DNA from: Malacoraja senta
Lineage: Eukaryota
Assembly: GCA_038087875.1 (NCBI GenBank)
Contig: JAXLNO010000324.1
Coordinates: 113,496 to 133,495, forward strand
Direction: 5' to 3'
DNA: 20,000 nucleotides
Shown here: one piece after another, positions 11,762 through 20,000 of the stretch
Layout: each line of letters opens with the position of its first letter
Numbering within the stretch: the first letter of the stretch is position 1
Notes under the pieces: generated by a model
Told to the model about the DNA's origin: nothing
Databases searched by the model: none
Seen by the model: the letters and a program-made list of their open reading frames with translations, nothing else
Program-made: the position numbers and the translations under genes

Positions 11762-11858
11762 TACACACACACAGACTCTCAGACACACACTCACACAGAC
11801 TCACTCACAAACACACACACACAAACACACACACACACACAGACTCACTCACTCACAA
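11762..11858. repeat. Imperfect (CA)n microsatellite
   Basis: Directly visible. Confidence 0.9.
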
Positions 11859-12000
11859 CCAATACTAAAATGCCAAGTAACTTCAGAACATGGTCAACAT
11901 ACAGTGTGTAAACCGAATGATTCAAACGTTTAAAACCTCCTGTCAAGGCTGCTGCTGAAGCAAAAACGTGCTTTAAATACCGTCCAACAAACACACTCAC

Positions 12001-12185
12001 CATAGACAGAGCAGTCAGCTCTCTTGAATTATTCAACGATGTCATCACTCTGTGCCTTCTGCAGTCAGTACCATCTTGCCATGAACCGGAAATGACGCAC
12101 TCAGCTCCATCTTGCCGCTAACCAGAAATGACACCATCGGCGCCATCTTGCCACTAAGCAGAAGTCACGGAATGAGCGCCAATTT
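12001..12185 (-). promoter_or_regulatory. Tandem ~36-bp YY1/ETS-motif repeats followed by a short exon-like segment and splice donor
   Basis: Three GGCAAGATGG copies on minus (YY1-like; plus-strand CCATCTTGCC near 12071, 12107, 12143), CCGGAAATGACG (ETS/CRE-like) near 12086, and ATG|GTGAGT donor at 12000-11995. Confidence 0.5.
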
Positions 12186-12249
12186 TGCAATTAAACACAG
12201 TCCTGATCTAATAAAATGTTTATTCACGCTTTATCCATCCGAAAACTGT

Positions 12250-13155
12250 TGCAAGCAAGCCCTTTAAAAGCCAAGCCAATTGGGCAAACTCTTTGCAAGC
12301 CAACAAAACACGTTTTCTGAGAGCCCTTTAATAGCCAAGCCAATTGGGCAAACATTTGCAAGTCAACAAAACACATTTTCTGAGAGCCCTTTAATAGCCA
12401 AGCCAATTGGGCAAACACTTTGCAAGCCAACAAAACTCGTTTTCTGAGAGCCCTTTAATAGCCAAGCCAATTGGGCAAACACTTTGCAAGCCAACAAAAC
12501 ACATTTTCTGAGAGCCCTTGAATAGCCAAGCCAATTGGGCAAACACTCTACGTTTTCGGAGAGCCCTTTAAAAAGCCCAAAAGCCAATTGGGCAAACACT
12601 TTGCAAGCCAACAAAACACGTTTTCTGAGAGCCTTTTAAAAAGCCAAAAAGCCAATTGGGCAAACACTTTGCAGGCCAACAAAACATGTTTTCTGAGAGC
12701 CCTTTAATAGCCAAGCCAATTGGGCAAACACTTTGCAAGCCAACAAAACACGTTTTCTGAAAGCCCTTTAAAAAGCCAAAAAGCCAATTGGGCAAACACT
12801 TTGCAAGCCAACAAAACACATTTTCTGAAAGCCCTTTAAAAAGCCAAAAAGCCAATTGGGCAAACACTTTGCAAGCCAACGAAACACATTTTCTGAAAGC
12901 CCTTTAAAAAGCCAAAAAGCCAATTGGGCAAAAACTTTGCAAGCCAACGAAACACATTTTCTGAAAGTCCTTTAAAAAGCCAAAAAGCCAAAAAGCCAAT
13001 TGGGCAAACACTTTGCTGAAAGCCCTTTAAAAAGCCAAAAAACCAATTGGGCAAACACTTTGCAAGCCAACAAAACACATTTTCTAAAAGCCCTTTAAAA
13101 AGCCAAAAAGCCAATTGGGCAAACATTTTGCAAGCAACAAACACATTTTCTGAAA
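12250..13155. repeat. 64/68-bp minisatellite, 14 units, each containing palindromic CCAATTGG
   Basis: CCAATTGGG at ~12276, 12340, 12403, 12467, 12531, 12584, 12652, 12716, 12784, 12852, 12920, 12996, 13043 and 13111. Confidence 0.97.
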
Positions 13156-13169
13156 ACCACATCCCGGGG

Positions 13170-13290
13170 ACTCACCGTGCAGTAGACGTGCGTTCAGTGT
13201 TATTCACAGCTCAGATAGCTGTGACCCGCTCGCTTCCTCCGACTGGCAGAGACTGAGTGAGCCACGACACTTCTGGGTTTTATAGTCCCT
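13170..13290 (-). promoter_or_regulatory. Pol II core promoter (TATA + Inr), 79-nt non-coding first exon and splice donor
   Basis: TATAAAA at 13284-13278. Inr TCAGTC with its A at 13254, exactly 30 nt downstream of the first T. Donor ACG|GTGAGT at 13175-13170. GC-rich upstream sequence. Confidence 0.65.
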
Positions 13291-14224
13291 CCCCCCTGCC
13301 GCCAGCGGGGGCCGCAGAGAGAATGGTGATTTAAAAAAAAACATTAATATCTCTCTGATTTTTCATCGATGGGAAAAATCCTCCAGTCCAGTCCGGCGGA
13401 GTAGGGCTCTGAGCGAGGTGGCCAAAAATGACAGCTGTAAGTGGCGGCGTTCTCTCAGAAATCACGATAAAGTGTCAAAAGCGGTCAAGATCTTAGTTTT
13501 AGTAATATAGATGAATTTCAATTTGCACCACTTTGATTTGTGACTTCATCCACACAAAGTTTAAGAATTGTAAAATGCTATCCACGAGTGTAACAAGTGA
13601 TAATGAACTGTTAAATGCTGAAAATGCAACTGTTACCTTTGTACCAAAGCAAAATTACACTAAGAGATTTTAATAACCAAATCAACTGATGTAATCTTCC
13701 TTCTCTGGAGCCCATCAAAGAATTATACGGATGTTGTGTACTTTATATATAATTTGTTCCTCGTTTTGGAAAGTGACTGACACCTTTTAGAGAAACTCAG
13801 AAAGGCAGCTTGATTATGAGAACAAATCAACGTAACCATCAGATTACCATGGCTACAGTCAGTTAGAGGAGGAGAATTAAAAAGGATGGCGAGACAGTGT
13901 GCCTGCTGCAATTCCTTCTAAATCATTTCAAAAGGGTGAGCTTCATATGAAATGTGTTTTATATCAAACAGCGACAACGTTATTCTTCCGTAAATTATAG
14001 TAAATTTCTGCAACCTCTTTAGCTGAGCCCACTTCACATTTCTGGGCAGTGTGCCAAAATAGCTCGGATCACAGAGGATGTAAAAATTGTGTAAATATTA
14101 AAATTAATATTGAATATTCCCAAACCTACAATTGCATCATGCACAGATGGAGAGAGACTAGGACTTTCCTGTATCTATGTCTGTTGGACAGAAAGATTTT
14201 GGAATCAAAGAAATTGCCAAGATG

Positions 14225-14340
14225 TGGGGCCAGAGCTATAGGGAGAGGTTGAGCATGCTAAGGCTTTATTCCTTGGAGGGCAGAAGCCCAAGTGGTGATC
14301 TTATGGTAAAATTAAGAAGATAATTGATAGGGTGAATAGT
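14225..14340 (+). mobile_element. CR1 ORF2 C-terminal fragment
   Basis: AGCTATAGGGAGAGGTTGAGCATGCTAAGGCTTTATTCCTTGGAG..GGTGATCTTAT matches the reverse complement of 6560-6640. Confidence 0.8.
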
Positions 14341-14790
14341 CTCTCTTCTATTCTCATAAAATATTTTGTTTTTATTGGAGTGTGCCTGCATGGACACATG
14401 GAGCCTTCTAGTTCCTTAATGAGCTAAATTTTACATTCTTATCATTATGCGCTGGTTGCTCTTGACTTCGCCCCATTGTATTTATGAAATGATCTTTAGC
14501 TTTCTGCATCCAAAATATTCTTCATTGGCTAATCTCTGCTCTTTTGTTCATAATTCACCAGTCAGTGCATATATATTCAGCCACATAGATTTGAATTCTG
14601 GGTTTCTAACTCCTTTGTCTTGCCAGTACATTTCCAATATTGCTATACCCATTCAAAAGCTACCAATTTACCCATTTAACCTTGGTTTTGGATGGTCTTC
14701 CTGCTGAGTGTGTCCAATTTTCTTTCCTGCAGAATTTGTGGCGAAGGTCTTTACCATTGGAGATGTTACAGAGTGAAGATCACGTTTGTT

Positions 14791-14965
<175 letters not shown>

Positions 14966-15428
14966 TTACATTGACATGAGCTGATAAAAATAAATCAGAA
15001 TATACTTTTTGGAATGAAGTATACATTTTGGAATGAATACTTTTATTTCTATATTATATACTAGACTAAGTGGGACCCGTTGGGTCCCATGTTCACACGG
15101 GAGGGCTGGTCCCCCAACGCAATATTCCACCTCTCCACCAATTCCAATATTGGTGGCCAGTGGGTGGGTGGGGGGCGGGGTCAGGGGGGGGGGGCTTTCT
15201 GGAGCGCTAGTATGGGTATTGTGGGCTGAAGGGACTGGTTTCCAGAGGGGTTGTATGGACATTGTGGGCCAAATGGATTCTTGGTCAATCAAGCCTGATG
15301 TGCTGGCAGCTCACTCACGGCTGGTGGGCTAGCAGTTGACACAGGTATTCCTTGAAATTCCATTTCAAGCAGAGTGCAAGACCACCAAATTCAAGGGCAA
15401 TTTCTTACCACTTCAAGCCGGGTGCAAG

Positions 15429-16009
15429 TTCGAGGACCGCCCAGGGCCTCGGCTTCGGCGGCGGCACAGCGGTGGAGCGCTATTGCGGAGCGGGCGATGC
15501 CTTGCCCGGGTCGCCGCACTGGAGCTCCGGAATGCTGAGACCGCAGGTGAACATTGTGGAGCTGCGGGCCAAGGAGCGGCCAGCTGTGGGCGGCGGCGCT
15601 GAACTTTTCACCGGGAGCCTGGGATCTTGCGACGAGATCGCCAATGGAGAAGCTCCGTCGAGCGCGGCCTGTCGGCTTCGGAAGTTGCGGTCTCCAGTTA
15701 GGAAGCGGCCGCTCCAGGTGTCCCAAGCCGCTGAGAGGATTCTCCCGATGCCGTAGCACCATCACCCGGCGAAGAAGGGCCTGAAACATTGGGCCTCAAT
15801 AGGCCCGACTTTGGGTGGACAAGGGGATGGGGACTGGACTCTGTGACTTCCCTCATAATGGGAACCATTGTGGGGGGATGTTTTTTATGTTTATTGTTAA
15901 ATTCTTTAATGTTGTGTCTTATCTTTATCTGTGTGCTGCATGGCAAGACAAATTTCACAACACCAATTGGTGTACGTGACAAATAAATGTCCTTTGTCCT
16001 TTGCCTTTG
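15429..16009 (+). mobile_element. GC/CpG-rich non-coding retroposon with Rex/Babar-like 3' tail nested in Helitron B
   Basis: Abrupt GC-rich block interrupting the 48-bp array. It ends AATTTCAC..CACCAATTGGTGTACGTGACAAATAAA + (TGTCCTT)n-like tail, resembling the tails at 2340-2380 and 7745-7790. Confidence 0.65.
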
Positions 16010-16010
16010 T

Positions 16011-16210
16011 ACCACTTCAAGCATGGTGCAAGGCCACTGAATTCAAGTGCAGTTTCCTACCACTTCAAGCAGGGTGCAAGGCCACCGAATTCAAATGCAG
16101 TTTCCGACCACGTCAAGCATGGTGCAAGGCCACCAAATTCAAGTGCAGTTTCATACCACTTCAAGCAGGGTGCAGGGCCACCAAACTCAAGTGCAGTTTC
16201 CTACCACTCT
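16011..16210. repeat. 48-bp minisatellite ACCACTTCAAGCAKGGTGCAAGGCCACCRAATTCAAGTGCAGTTTCCT, ~4 units (plus ~1.5 units at 15360-15428)
   Basis: Unit starts at 16011, 16059, 16107, 16155 and 16203. Confidence 0.95.
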
Positions 16211-16219
16211 GCGCAAACA

Positions 16220-16351
16220 CCCCATTAGTGTGTAAGGAGTAGGTGCATAAGTGGGATTCTTGGAACTGGTGTGTATGGGTGATCAATGGTAGGCGTGAAC
16301 TCAGTGGGCCAATGTTTCCATGATGTATTTTCAATCAATCAATCACTCAAT
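16220..16351 (+). mobile_element. 3' half of V-SINE
   Basis: TAGTGTGTAAGGAG...GGGTGATCAATGGT.GGCGTGAACTCAGTGGGCC..TGTTTCCATG + (CAAT)n tail. Confidence 0.7.
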
Positions 16352-17197
16352 TAAGGTCATCTTTATGGCCTGGCTCTGAATATCGCTAACTCAGCAAGAA
16401 AAAAATGTTGGATCTTCTGGTCTGTGTGACTTTGGTAATAAACCAGGTGGTCTGTTCATATGTTAGGCTGCAAGAAACTTGAATAAAAGTTTGACAAGAG
16501 ATCCTTGCAGCTCTGTTTCCACTTATTCTTCATCATCATTACATTCCCTCATGTTCAATTGACCAAAGTTCTTGGCATCATCATAAAGTACAAAATCGGC
16601 TGTAAATATCATGGTTCTTTGCTTGATTTCTCTATCCAGTTCTTCACAATTCATCATTGTACGAATAAATCTAGATGCATGATACAATTATCTACAAAAC
16701 ATAACAGTTTCAATCCTCACAGGAGTTTGGGATGTTGTGTGCAGAATGCAACAGATTGAGTTGAGTAATGTAGATTGTAATGTTACTCTGACAATCTGGA
16801 GTTGGCTTGATTGCTGTTAACAATTTAAGAGAAGTTCCACAGGATTTATCTTCATGGTACTTTAACCTGAAGTTATTCCCCTTCCTGAGGGGATTAACTG
16901 CATTAAGTAAAGTTGATTGTAAAGTAACTTGTACACGGTTGGCCGGATGCAGCAAGCATGATACATGAGCATGCAAGTCAGCCAGCACATCTCTGAATCA
17001 ACTGGGCTGTCTTTGTTCCCAGTGTTGTGGGCATTTTGCAGGGCATTGTGGTGACATGAATCAGCAAACTGGTGACATGAATTTTCTAGATTTCTTCAAT
17101 GGTGGAGATCAAAAGGTCCAAGTGTTTCCTATAAATTCTGACCTTATATGTGAATATGACGCAATTATGTTTATGGTCACGGTATTGGGCAAGGTAC

Positions 17198-17298
17198 GAG
17201 ATGGAGGGAAGAAGGGTTTTGGCCCAAAATGTTGCCTATTTCCTTCGTTCCATAGATGCTGCCGCACCCGCTGAGTTTCTCCAGCACTTTTGTCTACC
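17198..17298 (+). mobile_element. 101-bp Penelope-derived insertion flanked by a 14-bp target-site duplication
   Basis: ATTGGGCAAGGTAC at 17184-17197 and 17299-17312. The insert matches 19555-19644. Confidence 0.85.
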
Positions 17299-17339
17299 AT
17301 TGGGCAAGGTACATTGTGAAGGCCCTGATGAAGACAGCT

Positions 17340-17575
17340 CATGTATGCATGAATGCACGCACACTCACTCACGCACGCATAGTCACACACACACACACAC
17401 ACTTATTGACATTGTATGCGAATGTGATGCAAGCATGGAAATGGACAATCCTTTTGGAGGCCCAGAGGAAGGCAGTGCACATTTGCGTACACACACACAC
17501 GCTCTCAAAAATAAAAAAACACCTTCATGGAACACACACATGGAAGTAAGCATGCACACGCTCATGCAAATACCC
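17340..17575. repeat. CA-rich low-complexity / decayed microsatellite
   Basis: Several (CA)n and CACG runs. Confidence 0.7.
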
Positions 17576-18822
17576 AACAGCTCACTGTCTTTTGAAGAAA
17601 GAAATCCCCATGCTCCACATGAGAAGGTGTGTGGGAATGTGTGTGAGATGTGAAACCATGAGTATGGTTACTCTCATTAGGTTTAACCAAACTCATGGTG
17701 TTTAACTTTATTTCCTGATTCCGATTGGGTTAGAACAGCCATAGTTGGACCTTGTTATCATGCTTTTCTTGTTTTCTTTGGTTCATTGGAACTATCTGTG
17801 TGCATTGGTGCATATGTAGACATGCATTGATATAAGTCCATGGATATCTATGAATGACTTATTTTGTTGAATGAAGACAGGTATATTTAAGCTGTACTTC
17901 CTTGCAAAGTGTGAGCAATAATATTTCTTACCAGTTAAGTATCATATTTAATTTCTGTTGCCACCTATGTTCTTAATTTAAATCTGTGTTTTATAAGGTG
18001 ACGGGGGGCCGGGGGCGGTGGGAGGGAGATGCAAAAAAAAAGACACTGCTTAAGTATTCAAAGGAGCAATTGACAGGCTGCCATTGAAGAATGGTATTCA
18101 AGTCTGATTCACGCCCAAATAAATCTAATTTCCTTAAATTCATATATTCTGGAGTAAATGATGGATGGGAAGAATCCAGCTGTTAAACAAGCTACAATGG
18201 TTGAAGACTCATGACTGGCCGGAGAATTAATACCCTAGAGAGCATCTAACTGATGATCAGAAAACAGCCTTCTGAACGGTTTTATTTGACACCATTATAT
18301 AAGAGTCCAGAAGATCACATGATCTATGGCTATCATTTTTTTTCTTTGCATTTCCTCAAGATCAAGACTTGCTTCCACTCCAATTGCAAGGCTTCTTTGG
18401 TAATTGATGAGATCTATCACAAATGGGCAGGCGGTGCCTGATGGGGTAGTGGTTTATATGGCAGTGCGTTGCTCTCACCAGTTATGTTGAACTACTCTGC
18501 GCTCCTGAAGTATGGGCAAGAGGTTCTTAGTGGGTACAGCTGTTGTATAAATGTAGAGGATGGTTGGAATCACTGCTTCCTGATAGACCATGTGAATAGA
18601 GCAGGGACTGAAGCTCACCATTTCACCTCCAACAAGCTTCTTGCTTAGTAGAGCTGATCTGGAGGACATGGGAAACTTTAACCCACTTTGCCTCCATTTG
18701 AGAACCAAGATCACCCCAATCTCAATAGTCGAGCTGCCGATGATACTTGCATTAGGTTGAAGGGCAAGTTCCGTCTCTGTCATCTTCTTCATTGTAATAT
18801 ACAATGGTGTGCGTGGGCTTAT

Positions 18823-19188
18823 CAGGGCTCTGGCTTAACTTTTTTTTCCCTGTTGCCAGCCGGGCAACCTCGTCAGCTTTTTAGGTTGCCAAATGACAGT
18901 TTAGTTGGTCATTTAAGACGGCTTGCATGACGCGTGCGATAATGTGCTCGGACGAAGTGCGTAGTTACCAGTCGGAATTATGGTCAATGAAGCATTCACA
19001 TATAATTTCTGCTTCAAATAAAGTCACAAACTAAACATATTCACCAATCAAGACATGATATATACCACAATGACATGCAGCAACATTACAATACAGCATC
19101 TCATCTCTTTTTACACTTTGCAATGAATGCAATTTCTATTATCTCTTCCACTTCCAAACAAAAATATGGTTATTCAGCGTATGATCAA
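18823..19188. mobile_element. Probable hAT-like non-autonomous DNA transposon, one end only
   Basis: Begins CAGGGCTCTGGCTTAAC (a CAGGG-type hAT terminus) with subterminal inverted GTTGCC/GGCAAC motifs. It is cut off by the Penelope fragment and no second TIR was found. Confidence 0.5.
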
Positions 19189-19189
19189 C

Positions 19190-19644
19190 CTCGGTGAGAC
19201 CAAGCGTAGGCTTGGCGATCGCTTCGCACAACACCTTCACTCAGTTCGCAATAACCAACCTGATCTCCCGGTGGCTCAGCACTTCAACTCCCCCTCCCAT
19301 TCCGAATCCGACCATTCTGTCCTGGCCTCCTCCATGGCCAGAGTGAGGCCCACTGCAAATTGGAGGAACAGCACCTCATATTTTGCTTGGGTAGTTTACA
19401 TCCCAGCGGTATGAACATTGGCTTCTCCAATTTCAGGTAGTCCTTGCTTTCTCCCTCCTTCCCCTCCCATTCCCAGCTCTCCCACAGCCTACTGTCTCCG
19501 CCTCTTCCTTTCTTTTTCCCGCCCCCACCCCTCCCGCCCCCACCCCATCAGTCTGAAGAAGGGTCTTGACCCGAAATGTCGCCTATTTCCTTCGCTCCAT
19601 AGATGCTGCCTCACCTGCTGAGTTTTCCAGCATTTTTGTCTACC
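19190..19644 (+). mobile_element. Penelope-like retroelement 3' fragment: GIY-YIG endonuclease C-terminal half + terminal region
   Basis: GETKRRLGDRFAQHLHSVRNNQPDLPVAQHFNSPSHS..SVL, then after a frameshift near 19323 GLLHGQSEAHCKLEEQHLIFCLGSLHPSGMN, matching the PLE GIY-YIG pattern (YIGET.R.L..R..EH...HF...H...E...I..L....P.G.N). Confidence 0.92.
19550..19584 (+). ncRNA. Minimal hammerhead-ribozyme-like motif in PLE terminal region (likely decayed)
   Basis: CTGAAGA-A-GGGTC-TT-GACCC-GAAA-TGTC gives the CUGANGA core, a perfect 5-bp stem II and GAAA. Stem I pairing is weak. Confidence 0.55.
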
Positions 19645-19645
19645 C

Positions 19646-19861
19646 ATTCACACAAGTTCTGTTATCCCACTTTCCTCACCCACTCCCTGCACATTAGGGG
19701 CAATTTTATAGAGACAAGTTAACCTACAAAGCCAATGCGTCTTTGGGATGTGGGAGGAAACCCACATGCTTGCAGGGAGAATGCAAATTCAACACAGACA
19801 GTTGCCGAGAACAGGAACAAACACTGGTGTGTGAGGCAGCAAGTCCACCAGCTGTGCCACT
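19646..19861 (-). mobile_element. V-SINE, degraded
   Basis: Minus strand GTGGCACAGCTGGTGGACTTGCTGCCTCACA...TGTCTGTGTTGAATTTGCATTCTCCC...GGGTTTCCTCCCACATCCCAAAGACG. Confidence 0.8.
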
Positions 19862-20000
19862 ATATTTTATTTTCCAACACACTAAAAATTATACGCTGAT
19901 AATTTTGGTTACTAAAAAAAAAGAAACTATCCATTTTCAGTCTTAAATCTCTAAGTGACGCTATGTCCCCCTTTACAGCTACTGTATGTTTTAATTCAGT

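Larger units (their letters stand above)
10480..13511 (-). mobile_element. Non-autonomous Helitron-like element, copy A (5' end intact, 3' terminus missing)
   Basis: Minus strand starts A|TCTATATTACTAAAACT at 13511, a Helitron-type 5' TC after A. Its distal part 10487-10584 aligns to 15190-15284, which lies just inside a hairpin+CTAG terminus. Internal minisatellites are typical. No Rep/Hel ORF seen. Confidence 0.75.
15061..16210 (-). mobile_element. Non-autonomous Helitron-like element, copy B (3' terminus intact, 5' part missing)
   Basis: Minus strand ends TGGGACCC-AAC-GGGTCCCA (8-bp stem, 15089-15071), then CTTAGTCTAG|T at 15061/15060. This is the canonical Helitron hairpin ~10 nt before CTRR, followed by T in AT-rich flank. 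It shares sequence with 10487-10584 and the 30-bp repeat. Confidence 0.85.

Noticed and set aside
12250..13155. CRISPR-like regular repeat array
   Set aside because: Units repeat in full with no unique spacers, there are no cas genes and the context is eukaryotic. It is a minisatellite.
12224..13256. Overlapping ORFs such as ACKVFAQLAWLLKGSQK repeats
   Set aside because: Translations of the 64/68-bp minisatellite, whose unit lengths are not multiples of 3.
15760..15795. GAAGAAGGGCCTGAAACA as another hammerhead
   Set aside because: Lacks the CUGA core and a convincing stem II.
15336..16024. Several 76-134 aa ORFs on both strands
   Set aside because: Expected from high GC content. No recognisable domain, and they cross element junctions.
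16523..16672. Minus-strand frame FIRTMMNCEELDREIKQRTMIFTADFVLYDDAKNFG... as an exon or ancient RT remnant
   Set aside because: The splice acceptor is weak or out of frame, and the similarity to RT motifs is only vague. It would need tBLASTn support.

Overview
Repeat-rich, AT-rich vertebrate intronic or intergenic DNA. The repeat families (CR1 LINE 3' ends, V-domain HE1-like tRNA SINEs, Rex1/Babar LINEs, Penelope-like elements) point to a cartilaginous fish, probably a skate or ray (inference). I could not support any host protein-coding exon. Nearly all listed ORFs are transposon remnants, tandem-repeat translations or chance ORFs. The most notable structure is a pair of related non-autonomous Helitron-like copies on the minus strand. 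Copy A (~10480-13511) keeps the A|TC 5' end, and copy B (15061-~16210) keeps the hairpin + CTAG|T 3' end. Copy A carries three co-oriented promoter/first-exon-like modules, each ending in a splice donor: TATA+Inr, tandem YY1/ETS, and a THAP zinc-finger exon from an ISL2EU/Harbinger-like transposon. Minisatellite arrays lie between or beside them. Penelope-derived pieces carry decayed minimal hammerhead-ribozyme cores. All family assignments are by eye and most repeat boundaries are approximate.
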